Counted from the stretch's first letter, positions 1-9,236 are shown. The stretch is DNA of 35,878 nucleotides from Candidatus Gottesmanbacteria bacterium (GCA_026396845.1 JAPLWC010000001.1:11932-47809), one strand, 5' to 3'. Made by a program: numbers and translations. Notes: generated by a model from the letters alone, not told the origin.

Positions 1-734
1 ATCCGGAAGTGTTCATCATATTTACTTCCGGAAACAGGAACCGTTGTTTCATCTTTCAGTGCAATGTATTTGCCGGTAATGGATATCCGGTCAGGATCGA
101 CCCGATAGATATCGGTCGGATAACTTTTTACCGCTTCATCTGAACCGAACGTTGCATGAATTTCTATTTGATGGAGACGTCCGGGTTCCGGATGGGGGAC
201 GATCATGCCGCCGGTCCATGGGAGCTTTTCGTTGGCACGGAGCTTAATATTACCGTAGACAGGCCTCGGATCTATTGCACTCAGGAACGGATGAAGAATA
301 AGGGCGATATCCGCGTTTTTATCGGAATGATACCCGTGAGTAACAACGAACCGGTAGAATTTTTCTACTTCCCGAATGTATTGGTTTTTATTATAGACGC
401 CTGCAGTTCTGGGTCCGTTCGGATTATCAACACACGGAACATAAAATGCGCGCCCCACATATGCCCCCCGTGTGGGATTATGCAGCCGGATGGTATCATA
501 CGCCGCGCCGATAGCATCCTGAATATCAGGAGTGAGTTTTCCGTTGGAAAGATATTGAGCAAAAGCGTCATGACCGAGTACAAACATGGGGTCGGGCGCG
601 TGCAGTTTATATTCCAAGAGTTCCTTAAATCCGCGGATACGTGACGCCGGACTTTCATACTGTTCGATCGGTACAATAAACGAACCCGTTTGAGGCCTCG
701 GTTCATATTCAGAATTATGGCGGATGCCTGTCAT
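1..734 (-). CDS. Divergent PEP/pyruvate-binding (PPDK_N, ATP-grasp)-like protein, N-terminal 244 codons; gene continues past the window start; paralog of 8115..9236
   Basis: This frame is absent from the supplied track because it is edge-truncated. The ATG is the complement of 732-734. I checked every plus-strand triplet in this frame from nt 3 to 734 and found no TTA/CTA/TCA. The product MTGIRHNSEYEPRPQ...GAYVGRAFYVPCVDNPNGPRTAGV...ADIALILHPFL...IEIHATFGSDEAVKS...DIYRVD matches the 8115..9236 product motif for motif. Confidence 0.75.
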   Translation of the reverse strand, partial: MTGIRHNSEYEPRPQTGSFIVPIEQYESPASRIRGFKELLEYKLHAPDPMFVLGHDAFAQYLSNGKLTPDIQDAIGAAYDTIRLHNPTRGAYVGRAFYVPCVDNPNGPRTAGVYNKNQYIREVEKFYRFVVTHGYHSDKNADIALILHPFLSAIDPRPVYGNIKLRANEKLPWTGGMIVPHPEPGRLHQIEIHATFGSDEAVKSYPTDIYRVDPDRISITGKYIALKDETTVPVSGSKYDEHFR

Positions 735-747
735 AAAATAGTGCTGT

Positions 748-756
748 ATTATAACA
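748..756 (-). promoter_or_regulatory. Extended -10 element (TGTTATAAT) for the 1..734 gene
   Basis: The complement of 748-756 reads TGTTATAAT. It lies 13 nt from the ATG at 734, with no Shine-Dalgarno in between. Confidence 0.4.
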
Positions 757-829
757 CTTATATAGGATAAATCCACTTGCAATGCCCCAAACCCTATGAT
801 AGGATAGCCTCTGTTCTGCCTCGATTAAT

Positions 830-1930
830 ATGGCAATAGGATTTAAAAAAGAAGAAAGTGTCATTCTATTTTCACAAGACAATCTTCATCTTCGCGTCAA
901 TGCGGACGCCATCCTTGCATCTAACGAAGTACTTTCCCGCCTTATAGATCCACGATCACTGCCTATCGCTGGTTTACGGTCTGCAGTGTATGAGGCAGCA
1001 GAGAAGAAAAGTGAATTTTTTCCCGAAGAAATACTGAATCCGGAATATCAACCGGTCATTATAGTGGACTTAGACGATACATCATGGCCGCACGTGCATT
1101 ATTTATTACGCGCGGTATCACATGTAACGGGAATTGAAGCGACAGAAAATGACGTAAAAAAATACGGTCATACCCGTAATATTCCTCAATGGCAAACGGA
1201 TGAAATTGCCCGCATGCAGGATGCAATTCAGGCAAACCGTCATCCAGACGTGAACCCGTTCGTCAATCGCGCTGATCAGCATGCTGTGGAAACACTTCAT
1301 GCGGTGCATCGGATGGGACATCTGTATACATATTTGACCGGTCGGATGTCCGAGATGTATGACATTACGAAGCGGGTGATTCAATGGAACGGAATGCCGC
1401 ATGACGGCGACATGAAGAAAGTGGACGCTCGAAAACACATCGTTCCAAAACGAGGCTATCTCTATTGCAGCCCGTGTAATCCGAAGGAAGTGGACGCATA
1501 TAAACATGACGTTGTTACCACTTGGTTAAAAAATCTGCGTGCTGCAGGGTGGAAAGGACAGATGGTGATTATTGATGATACCCCCAAAGCTTTTGAGGAG
1601 GAGATATGTAGAGGTGATGTAATGGCGATTGCACTGGAAGGATTATTAAATTATCGCCATATACCGTTCACCAACGAAATGCGTGTGAATTCATGGCACG
1701 AGATCTCGGCATTTTTGAGCCACATACATGGTCAAGCGGTACAGTCGGACCCTAACAAAGACCGTGTATTTTCCTGTGGGCCAACACTACCGGGGATGTA
1801 CATGTCCGTCCGTAAGGATGTTTCAGGACCGGGATACTTTCGGTTTACATCTCTCCCAGCTGCCGAATATAAATTTTTTCCAAAGGACGGGGGGAGTCAT
1901 TCTTTGACAGATAATTGTACAGGGCTGTAG
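830..1930 (+). CDS. HAD-superfamily hydrolase, 5'(3')-nucleotidase-like (putative)
   Basis: 366-aa ORF with HAD motif I DLDDT (PVIIVDLDDT), then YLTGR and MVIIDDTP. The order resembles NT5C-type deoxyribonucleotidases. The extra N- and C-terminal regions are unassigned. Confidence 0.5.
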   Translation: MAIGFKKEESVILFSQDNLHLRVNADAILASNEVLSRLIDPRSLPIAGLRSAVYEAAEKKSEFFPEEILNPEYQPVIIVDLDDTSWPHVHYLLRAVSHVTGIEATENDVKKYGHTRNIPQWQTDEIARMQDAIQANRHPDVNPFVNRADQHAVETLHAVHRMGHLYTYLTGRMSEMYDITKRVIQWNGMPHDGDMKKVDARKHIVPKRGYLYCSPCNPKEVDAYKHDVVTTWLKNLRAAGWKGQMVIIDDTPKAFEEEICRGDVMAIALEGLLNYRHIPFTNEMRVNSWHEISAFLSHIHGQAVQSDPNKDRVFSCGPTLPGMYMSVRKDVSGPGYFRFTSLPAAEYKFFPKDGGSHSLTDNCTGL

Positions 1931-2466
1931 CTAAAGGGGACAATGATATCCGCGAATTTTTTCATCGGCTCGATATACTTCTGATGGTTTTTTTCAACGG
2001 TGACTGACCAGGAAAGCGTCTGGATATCTGATCTGCCCTTTTTCTCATCACGGATCATTCGCCGCGCCACACGCAGTTCGGTGGGGACGTCGATGTAAAT
2101 TTTCAGATCCGCAAGTTCGCGAAGCGGGGAATAGAACGCAAATATGCCCTCAACGACGAGAAATTTTGCTTCCCTAGGCATGTGAATTTGCTGCGTTCCT
2201 GTCCGCTCGCTTATTTTCATGTCATATTTCGGTATAGTAACGGTTTTTCCCGAAACGAGGTCACGTACTGCACGCGCACAATCCGCGATGTCGACAGCTT
2301 CCGGCGCGTCAAAATCATAGGAGCCGTCGCTTTTTTGTTTCATCTGAGATTTACCGAAATAGAAATAATCCATTTCAAGGATAAACGCGTTCCGGAATAA
2401 GTGTGCAAATGCGGATTTACCCGAGCACGACCCGCCGGAAATGAGAATGATGGAAGGATGTTTCAT
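1897..2466 (-). CDS. udk: Uridine kinase (PRK-family nucleoside kinase)
   Basis: P-loop ISGGSCSGKS, FDAPEAVD, IPKYDM, VVEGIFAF and RVARRMIRDEKKGR occur in the order typical of Udk. The 3' end overlaps the convergent HAD gene by 34 nt. Confidence 0.8.
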   Translation of the reverse strand: MKHPSIILISGGSCSGKSAFAHLFRNAFILEMDYFYFGKSQMKQKSDGSYDFDAPEAVDIADCARAVRDLVSGKTVTIPKYDMKISERTGTQQIHMPREAKFLVVEGIFAFYSPLRELADLKIYIDVPTELRVARRMIRDEKKGRSDIQTLSWSVTVEKNHQKYIEPMKKFADIIVPFSYSPVQLSVKE

Positions 2467-2496
2467 AGTATAAATTGTATCATGCGCTGTCGAATG

Positions 2497-3339
2497 TCAT
2501 CGACCTGTAAGAATTAATCCGATAACGACCATTGCGATGCCTGTCAATTGTCTGCGGTTGAGACGTTCACGCAGGAAAAGAAGGGCAAGCAGGACGGTGA
2601 TGACGGGGTTTGCGTTGGTTGCAATGGCGACGGTGCTGTTTTCTGCGGACCGCATGCCGACGGAATAAAAGTAAAACGCGAGCGCGGACGGCACCGCACA
2701 ACCCGCAAGGTACCAGAGGGTTTTCCGGGTCGGTTTCCATGTAACCGGTGAGTTTTTCCAGCGGGCGTATACCATTTCAAAAAGAACGCTTATACATAAA
2801 AATAGAACATTAAACAGTGCCCACGAGGACCCTGCGAGCGTACGGCCGAAAAAATAAAATGCTCCGATCCATGTTGCAAGAGCGACTAATGCATACGGTA
2901 TACCGGGATCCGAAAAACTGATATTTTTATCTATACGTTTAACCGATGCGGCTAATACGCCGGCTGTCACCAAAAGCATACCGATTAATTTTGCGGGGGA
3001 AAACGGCGACTGGTTTGTCGCAACGGCAATAATAGCGATACCCATGGGCCATGAAGCGGCGATGGGGGAAAGAAGGGAAATTTTACCGACCTCAAGGCCT
3101 TTATAAAAAGATAATCCCGCAATGGACAGAAGCCCGCCTGCGATAATAAGTAACCCGAGCGTATTACTTTGGGGGGTTTTCACAGGAAGATTGCCGGTCA
3201 CCATAATGAAGATAAGACAAGCAATAGTGCCTACCGTCCCGGTGATCAGCGCGGGGAGAAATCCGATGAATTTGGAGAGACGCCCGGAAAAAAAGTTACT
3301 GATGCCCCAGCCGAACATGGCGATAAGACCGTAGATCAT
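2497..3339 (-). CDS. EamA/DMT-family permease
   Basis: 280 aa, hydrophobic throughout, with a two-repeat layout and an EamA-like end (LRERLNRRQLTGIAMVVIGLIL). It has a 4-nt ATGA overlap with the upstream HD gene. Confidence 0.75.
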   Translation of the reverse strand: MIYGLIAMFGWGISNFFSGRLSKFIGFLPALITGTVGTIACLIFIMVTGNLPVKTPQSNTLGLLIIAGGLLSIAGLSFYKGLEVGKISLLSPIAASWPMGIAIIAVATNQSPFSPAKLIGMLLVTAGVLAASVKRIDKNISFSDPGIPYALVALATWIGAFYFFGRTLAGSSWALFNVLFLCISVLFEMVYARWKNSPVTWKPTRKTLWYLAGCAVPSALAFYFYSVGMRSAENSTVAIATNANPVITVLLALLFLRERLNRRQLTGIAMVVIGLILTGR

Positions 3340-3848
3340 ACGTCAGCCGTCATCACGCGTGCAAGTTTTACTATGTTTAAGTTTCCATAATTACTTTCTA
3401 CGTCGCGCATGAGTCTTGCCGTGTATTCTCTATATTTTATTTTCAATTCGTCCGACATCCACGTTGCATCCAACAGATTAGAGACCTTATCGTAGAGTTT
3501 AAAGAGACGGATTTCTTTTGGTTTGTCCCATATTTCTTCCATTTCCTGCGTAATTCCTTCCGAAAACGTCATATCCCGAATGTACTTTATTATCAGAGGT
3601 TTTAAAGTTGACGGAAGCTTTACATTAGTGTCTTCGAGGACGTCGTGATACAAGAGCGTAAGTACGCCATTTACGCGAATATTTTTAGGAAGAGCCGTTT
3701 CTGTGAGAATGGTCATTGCGCACCAAACCGGATGGATACTGTAGGGAGTTTTTTTGTCCCATAATCGTACGGATTTATCGGGAGATTTTGAATGAAATTG
3801 ATGAGCGGTAATAATGAAGTCAATATGCGGTTGTAACGTTATGGACAT
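3336..3848 (-). CDS. Small HD-domain hydrolase, RelA/SpoT (Mesh1/SAH)-type (p)ppGpp-hydrolase-like
   Basis: YSIHPVWCA...LLYHDVLEDT matches the His ... His-Asp-x-x-EDT pattern of SpoT hydrolase domains. FKLYDKVSNLLD resembles KLADRLHNMR. 170 aa, single domain. Confidence 0.6.
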   Translation of the reverse strand: MSITLQPHIDFIITAHQFHSKSPDKSVRLWDKKTPYSIHPVWCAMTILTETALPKNIRVNGVLTLLYHDVLEDTNVKLPSTLKPLIIKYIRDMTFSEGITQEMEEIWDKPKEIRLFKLYDKVSNLLDATWMSDELKIKYREYTARLMRDVESNYGNLNIVKLARVMTADV

Positions 3849-3852
3849 AATG

Positions 3853-4959
3853 TTATTTTAACAGCTCTAACCCCCGCGCGGTGTATGTGTTGAGCATACT
3901 AAAATCAAACGGGATGCCGAGTTTTGTATCCTGAAGCGTACCGACGGCTGTTGCCACAAGAAGCCGACGCTGTTGGGAGGAAATATTTGGGGTAAATACC
4001 GCTTCTGCAAATGCCTGAAATGCGTACGGAAGTCCCATGAAATAGTAGATATTTGTATCGCCGGTGATTGCCCGATAGGTGTTCATGGCGTTTTGAGCAA
4101 CGCTGGTGAAGGCGTCGTTCATATGTCCGAACCGGAGAAGATCCTGCATGAGGTATTCTCCGACCATCCACCCCGCGTCTATGCCGGGTTCACCCCAATT
4201 GAGCCGGCCGTCGGTTACGATGATAGTGTCGTTTTGGTCAAAATATAAATTATTTACCCAATAATCTCCGTGAATTTGCCGCAGGCGCTCCGGATGTGTG
4301 CCAATAGCCTGGCGCGCCCGCTCCATATCCGCTAATAGCCGGACAAAATCTTCGTGACCCATCCAGTCAATTCGTTTAAAATCCATCATATCCAAGTCGC
4401 CGACACCAGCCGTGAGCTCGTCATTATGGATCACGGCGCGTGTGGAACGTTTGTACAAAGATTTGGCGGCTTCCGTCGGTCCCCAATATTGTGTCTTATG
4501 GATCTCAGCCATCGTCTCTCCCATAATTTGGGTTTTGGGTTCAATTGAGGAGGCTAACGCACATGCTTCTTCGTGGGTTGATGTGGGCTTACGGAGATTT
4601 TCACAAAAATTTTTTGCCCCACTCGGTAAAAATTCCGAAAGAATCAAGACCTCTTTTAATTTAGGAATATTTGTCACCGTGTTGTCTTCCGTTATGCCTA
4701 AAATACCATGAGTTTTCAAAGAAAAGGGAAGTTCATGAACGGTTTCAAGCACCGCCTTAATTCTGTCCCCGGGAAGGTCATGGCCGAATTCGAGAGGATG
4801 CATTTGTCGTAAGAAGAGGTGGGTTCCGTTTTCTAAACGGATGTCAAGCCCGGTGGCGTGGAATCCCTCTCCAACCTGATGTATAGCCTCTACAGGCATG
4901 CCGAGATGCTCAAGATATAGTGCAACCGCTCCATGAATGTTATTTTCAGGTTTTGTCAT
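3853..4959 (-). CDS. APH/choline-kinase-fold phosphotransferase, substrate unknown
   Basis: It has the catalytic loop IHGDYWVNNLYF and a downstream VTDGRLNWGEPGIDAGW, as in the aminoglycoside phosphotransferase family. It is the first gene of a 4-gene minus-strand string. Confidence 0.65.
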   Translation of the reverse strand: MTKPENNIHGAVALYLEHLGMPVEAIHQVGEGFHATGLDIRLENGTHLFLRQMHPLEFGHDLPGDRIKAVLETVHELPFSLKTHGILGITEDNTVTNIPKLKEVLILSEFLPSGAKNFCENLRKPTSTHEEACALASSIEPKTQIMGETMAEIHKTQYWGPTEAAKSLYKRSTRAVIHNDELTAGVGDLDMMDFKRIDWMGHEDFVRLLADMERARQAIGTHPERLRQIHGDYWVNNLYFDQNDTIIVTDGRLNWGEPGIDAGWMVGEYLMQDLLRFGHMNDAFTSVAQNAMNTYRAITGDTNIYYFMGLPYAFQAFAEAVFTPNISSQQRRLLVATAVGTLQDTKLGIPFDFSMLNTYTARGLELLK

Positions 4960-4981
4960 ACGTCATGGACAGTTATGGGCT

Positions 4982-4990
4982 ATTGTAGCA
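4982..4990 (-). promoter_or_regulatory. Extended -10 element (TGCTACAAT) upstream of the kinase operon
   Basis: The complement of 4982-4990 reads TGCTACAAT. It lies 22 nt from the ATG at 4959, with no Shine-Dalgarno. Confidence 0.4.
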
Positions 4991-5065
4991 AGCAAAAGGG
5001 AAAAAGCAAATAGACAAAAGCCAAGTTGATTGAAGGTGTATAATAGAGCTATTCGGAATAGCCCG

Positions 5066-5821
5066 ATGTATCGGTCTGTACAACGGGATTTTTGTGTTTT
5101 ATATCCTATTCCAACCATGAATATGTCAAGAATACAGGAGCAATTGTCACGTATGCCGGAATCGGTACAACGTATGTATTATTTGGACCATCCAACGCTG
5201 TTGTCGCCATATGAGACTCCCTGGACAGAGTTGGCGCGGCGGGGGTACGTCGGGGGAGGGATCGTGTTGTTCGTGATAAACCCGAAGGGGGAACTATTGA
5301 TGAATCAGGTGCCTCCGTATCGGGAAAAACCTGTGATTGGCCGGTATGCCGGGCAGTGGAATGTATTCACGGAAACCATAGAACGCTATCCGGGGGGACA
5401 GCATGCAGGTCAGTTTGAGGATTTTATCGATAATTTAGCCCGTACCATAGACGAAGAAATCGGAGCGGCTGCGGCCCGTCAAATAAAAATATTTCCGGAT
5501 GGCATGCGGGAAACTGACTATCGCGACCCGCGCGCTCATCAAAAGATTCGCGTTCATTGTGTCGTGGTTGGTAGCCCGACGGAAGCAATCCGTGATATTG
5601 ATGCCCATGATGCTCAGGCAAATATCCCCCGCGAACTCAATATACTTGCATGGAAACGGTTGGATAATCTCAATAAACTGCATGTTGAACCAAATGCGAA
5701 GCGCATGACGGATCGCATGAAACGCAGCGGATATTTACAGATGATGATTGACCGTATTGTCTCCGGAGAACCGGGCACTCCTTTGCTCCGGTACATTAGT
5801 GAGCACGTACACACGTTCTGA
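5066..5821 (+). CDS. Nudix-like hydrolase (divergent Nudix box)
   Basis: A beta-strand start GGGIVLFVINPKGELLMNQ is followed by GQWNVFTE...ARTIDEEIG, a Nudix box interrupted by an insertion. The start is uncertain: TTG 5030, ATG 5066 or ATG 5117. A TATAAT at 5039-5044 favours 5066. Confidence 0.4.
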   Translation: MYRSVQRDFCVLYPIPTMNMSRIQEQLSRMPESVQRMYYLDHPTLLSPYETPWTELARRGYVGGGIVLFVINPKGELLMNQVPPYREKPVIGRYAGQWNVFTETIERYPGGQHAGQFEDFIDNLARTIDEEIGAAAARQIKIFPDGMRETDYRDPRAHQKIRVHCVVVGSPTEAIRDIDAHDAQANIPRELNILAWKRLDNLNKLHVEPNAKRMTDRMKRSGYLQMMIDRIVSGEPGTPLLRYISEHVHTF

Positions 5822-5829
5822 GTACGTAT

Positions 5830-7206
5830 ATGGGAAAACAATTACTCCAACCAGTTATTTCGGCCGAAAAGTATTCTCAGGCATATATGTATGCGATCTG
5901 CGGGGCGTCAGAAGAAAAAAATGTATTACTTGTTGACGCATTGCGGCGGAAAGAATTACCTACATGTGGAGGGAAAACCACAATTTTGGAGGTTGGTCCC
6001 GGGAGCGGAGAAAGTTTACGTTTGTTGCACTCAATGATTCCTGAATTGTCACTTAGCGATCCGGTTCAGTTGGTTTCGGTTGATCTCCACGCTTCAGGTT
6101 CCCGGATAAACACGTTGAGGAAAATATCGGTAGTTGTAGAGGGTGATGTGCAGGCATTGCCGTTTGAACCGGAAGTTTTTTCCGCGGTCAATATATCAGC
6201 TGTTTTGCATGAGGTATATTCATACGGAAGAGGGTTGGGAGGTATTCATCAAGCACTGCGTGAAATGTCCAGAGTCCTTCTGCCGGGCGGAATTTGTTGT
6301 TATCGGGACCCGTATGCGCCAAATGTTAATTTTATGGCACAGGCATCCCAACTCTATAAAGGTCCGGCGTGGATCAGTTTTTTGAAACATTTTGTACCGG
6401 ATTTTCTTCAGCATGGTGTCACGCCATATGCAACCAAGTCGCGGAAAATTCGATTCTATCAATCTCTCGACGGAACGGAGCATCTGCAACCCTTAAACGA
6501 TGTAGACGTGCATTTGCCGGTTCGCATGGAAGCACCGGTAGGTCTGCAGCGTGAAATACAACGTCACTATTTGACGTTGCGGGAATATCTTATCAGGAGC
6601 GGATCTTTGGGCTTCCGTATGGTGAAACCGGGATGGAAAGGAACGTTGTATGCCAATCGGCCAACCGGCGTACAAACGCTGGATGACAAAGGGTTAGCGC
6701 ATGAACTTATTCAGGCGATAGCTTCGGGTCGCGCGAGCGGTTACACATTTAAGATTCACGGCAGCTTATTGTTTGATCAGGCAGTTGACTTTATGATGTG
6801 TGACTTCTTTGACCGTCTGGATCAGGCGGACCCTTTGGCAACGCGGCATTATGCGGCCTGGCAGGCTCGCGAGGGGAGAGAATGTTATACCTATTTAAGC
6901 CTGTCGGATTTACTTGTGACGACGGTGAAAGAATCTCTCAGACAATCAAAAGGGGAATATGTGCTGTTGCCGTCTTCCGTCAGAGATATACGCGTCGTGC
7001 CCAGATATTCGTATCAGATATACCTGTCCACCGTGTTGGGCGTACCGTTTTTTGAAGGGAAACAAATGGTGAGATTTACGAAATACAAACGGTCGCAAAC
7101 TCGACCCGTTCTTCAACGGCTTCTTCCTGATCTTAGGACTTTGCCGTTGTTAGGGCAACAGGGTCAACATGCGGCGGCTTCAATCAATAGACTGCTTAAG
7201 GGTTAG
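5830..7206 (+). CDS. Class I SAM-dependent methyltransferase with a long unassigned C-terminal half
   Basis: Motif I ILEVGPGSGESL, an acidic VDLH, motif IV-like AVLHEV and LLPGGICCYRDP. The last ~250 aa carry no motif I recognise. Confidence 0.65.
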   Translation: MGKQLLQPVISAEKYSQAYMYAICGASEEKNVLLVDALRRKELPTCGGKTTILEVGPGSGESLRLLHSMIPELSLSDPVQLVSVDLHASGSRINTLRKISVVVEGDVQALPFEPEVFSAVNISAVLHEVYSYGRGLGGIHQALREMSRVLLPGGICCYRDPYAPNVNFMAQASQLYKGPAWISFLKHFVPDFLQHGVTPYATKSRKIRFYQSLDGTEHLQPLNDVDVHLPVRMEAPVGLQREIQRHYLTLREYLIRSGSLGFRMVKPGWKGTLYANRPTGVQTLDDKGLAHELIQAIASGRASGYTFKIHGSLLFDQAVDFMMCDFFDRLDQADPLATRHYAAWQAREGRECYTYLSLSDLLVTTVKESLRQSKGEYVLLPSSVRDIRVVPRYSYQIYLSTVLGVPFFEGKQMVRFTKYKRSQTRPVLQRLLPDLRTLPLLGQQGQHAAASINRLLKG

Positions 7207-7217
7207 TCGGATTACTC

Positions 7218-7823
7218 TCAGGAGAGTAATTGCTGAATTTGCCGTATGTATACCTCTACAGAGGCAGAGTTTTCCAATTTTCTGGATTGAATAGACAGAA
7301 TGGGAGCGGGAAATTTAGCTGTATTGACCCAATCTTCGTGGAGGACAAGCATTTTCTCCACATATGCGGCGTTCTCGTCGTCGATGGGTAAGTTTCTCTT
7401 ACGCAGCCGGTCCATAAGGAAATCCAGGGTGTCGTGAAGGTAGATGACGAGAGTCGGAGGTGGTAAATGCTTGGTAAGTCTATCTGCAAGTCTCTTGTAG
7501 AGAACAAACGAGTCAGCGTCGAGGGTAACTTTTGAATGAAGCAGGTTGGTCGGAGTAAAAGTATCCATGATGGCAATTTTTCCATTTTGCGCCAGATGTG
7601 TGGCTTGCTCCCACCTGGTAACGGTTTGCAGGAGAAACCAGACCTGATTTTGAAAAACCCGCCCGGCTGATTTATGTGCGTCATGAATAAACGGATTGTT
7701 GTCAACTGATTCGAGCAATACTTCAGCGTGAAGAGGAACGCGCAATAATTCAGCGAGTGTGGATTTTCCGCTTCCTAGGTTTCCTATAATTCCGATAATC
7801 GATCCTTTACGTTCCGGATTCAT
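7218..7823 (-). CDS. Deoxynucleoside kinase (dAK/dGK/dCK family)
   Basis: P-loop IIGIIGNLGSGKSTLAELL, ESVDNNPF, QNQVWFLLQ and RLRKRNLPIDD (a LID-like arginine region) occur in dNK order. Confidence 0.75.
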   Translation of the reverse strand: MNPERKGSIIGIIGNLGSGKSTLAELLRVPLHAEVLLESVDNNPFIHDAHKSAGRVFQNQVWFLLQTVTRWEQATHLAQNGKIAIMDTFTPTNLLHSKVTLDADSFVLYKRLADRLTKHLPPPTLVIYLHDTLDFLMDRLRKRNLPIDDENAAYVEKMLVLHEDWVNTAKFPAPILSIQSRKLENSASVEVYIRQIQQLLS

Positions 7824-8029
7824 GCCGGTTGTTCACCGCGAAGAGCTATCATATCCTCGGCTGTTACGCCCTGCGGTAACTGTTTTGCCAGCCTGGGTTC
7901 AATTTTTGGAGGAGGGCCCGCAGGTTTAGTGGGGAATTGTTCTGTTACTTCATGACGTAAATCGAGATATGCTCGTACATTGACCCCTTCGGGTATCTGC
8001 TGTACTTTTCTTTCATTATTTCCTGCCAT
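7820..8029 (-). CDS. Hypothetical 69-aa protein, translationally coupled to the deoxynucleoside kinase
   Basis: The ATG at 8029 is preceded by AGGAG with a 5-nt spacer. Its stop overlaps the kinase start (ATGA at 7820-7823). No recognisable motif. Confidence 0.45.
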   Translation of the reverse strand: MAGNNERKVQQIPEGVNVRAYLDLRHEVTEQFPTKPAGPPPKIEPRLAKQLPQGVTAEDMIALRGEQPA

Positions 8030-8072
8030 AGTTTCTCCTAAAGTGGACAAACTATATCACATTTGCCCTTCA

Positions 8073-8101
8073 TTGACAAATCCGAGACTGTCCCGTAAGA
8101 T
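8073..8101 (+). promoter_or_regulatory. Sigma70-type promoter TTGACA-17-TAAGAT for 8115..9236
   Basis: TTGACA at 8073-8078, a 17-nt spacer, and TAAGAT at 8096-8101. The ATG follows 13 nt later with no Shine-Dalgarno. Confidence 0.45.
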
Positions 8102-8114
8102 TACTCCATTAGCT

Positions 8115-9236
8115 ATGGCAGATACAATGGAATATGTTGAGGATCTAGCTAGTTCCCAGATTAAGTCTTCACGCATCGTAGGCTTGAGGAAACTTCATTC
8201 AGCCGGTTTAAGAACTCCATTTGTTAAAATTATTAATCATGAGGCCTTCTTGGTTTACAAGAAGGAAGGTATGACCAAACCGCTTCAAAAAGAACTCGAA
8301 GCGGCTTTTATTGAAATTAAAAATAATGACGCCAAAAGAAATATTTATGTAGGCCGCGCTTACTTCATACCGAATTTTCACAATCCGCCCGGTCCGCGCT
8401 TTGTGATTGGAGACCCCCAGAGCTTAATTAAAAGAGTCGCTGACCACTTTGATTTTGCCATCCAAAACAAGTATGACCGCGTCAAGGAAGCCCAGATTGG
8501 GGTTATCCTTCACCCCTGGATTAATCCGCGAATTCCCTTGGGAGGAGGTTGCGTTACTCTGGCGGAGGAGAAAAAGAAAACCATGGTCGTGGAGGCCATT
8601 TTCGGTTTGGATGAGGGAGTTCAAAGTAATCCTCACGACTTTTATCTTCTCGATTTTGCCGAGGGAAAAATTATCGATAAGATTATTGCCGAAAAAAAAG
8701 AATGTTTGGAAGTTGATGCGAATTTGCGAGTGACATCTACGCCTGTGCTAAATAAATTTTCGTTTCAGCCGGTCTTAGACGAGAAGACTATTTTAACCAT
8801 CGCTCGGGATTTTAAACGCTTTATTGGAAAATTTGGACCTCACCGCTTAGAATTTGCTCTTCAGAGAGAAGGCGTTTATTACCGTGAATGTTTACCCTTT
8901 GTTTTTCATAAAGAAAAAGTGCCTCAAGTCGATGAAAAAGGTCCGGTTTTTAAACTTAATACCCAAACTGATTTGCCCAGGATAGGCAGAAAACAGCGGA
9001 TTATTTTTGTGGATCCCATGGTCATTAAAAAACGAAAAATGAATCTGTTGACCTTTCTAGCTACGACTACTCAGGACAAAAAGATCATCCTCTATCCTGG
9101 GGCAGCGACTACCGGTCATGCAGCCACCATCTTCCGCGAAGCCGGTCCTGGCAGAAATTTGTCAGGAGTTAAGAAGAAAAATAAAGAAAGGCATCATGCC
9201 GTCGTTGCTGGAGAAGGAAATCGAAAAAGAGATTGA
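8115..9236 (+). CDS. Divergent PPDK_N-type ATP-grasp domain fused to a truncated PEP-utilizer phosphohistidine (swivel) motif
   Basis: The N-terminus GLRKLHSAGLRTPFVKIINHEAF resembles the GGK..L...G..VP.GF start of PPDK_N. The order YVGRAYF / AQIGVILHPWI / VVEAIFGLDEGVQS / LEFALQREGVYYRECLPF parallels the canonical domain. IILYPGAATTGHAATIFREAG resembles the TSHAAIVARE.G swivel signature, but the ORF ends 29 codons later in a low-complexity tail. The track start at 7980 was rejected because it overlaps the 7820..8029 gene. Confidence 0.6.
   Translation: MADTMEYVEDLASSQIKSSRIVGLRKLHSAGLRTPFVKIINHEAFLVYKKEGMTKPLQKELEAAFIEIKNNDAKRNIYVGRAYFIPNFHNPPGPRFVIGDPQSLIKRVADHFDFAIQNKYDRVKEAQIGVILHPWINPRIPLGGGCVTLAEEKKKTMVVEAIFGLDEGVQSNPHDFYLLDFAEGKIIDKIIAEKKECLEVDANLRVTSTPVLNKFSFQPVLDEKTILTIARDFKRFIGKFGPHRLEFALQREGVYYRECLPFVFHKEKVPQVDEKGPVFKLNTQTDLPRIGRKQRIIFVDPMVIKKRKMNLLTFLATTTQDKKIILYPGAATTGHAATIFREAGPGRNLSGVKKKNKERHHAVVAGEGNRKRD

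Noticed and set aside
156-706. The two track ORFs 156..644 (+) and 365..706 (-).
   Set aside because: Their translations have no recognisable motifs and an odd composition. A third, edge-truncated minus frame (3..734) is completely open and encodes a clear paralog of 8115..9236, so these two are shadow ORFs.
5030-5065. The TTG start at 5030 for the Nudix-like gene.
   Set aside because: It would place a TATAAT box (5039-5044) inside the coding region. ATG 5066 or 5117 is more plausible, though the choice remains uncertain.
7980-8114. The N-terminal extension of the 7980..9236 ORF.
   Set aside because: It overlaps the Shine-Dalgarno-led minus-strand gene 7820..8029 and contains the TTGACA-17-TAAGAT promoter. 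The start was moved to ATG 8115.
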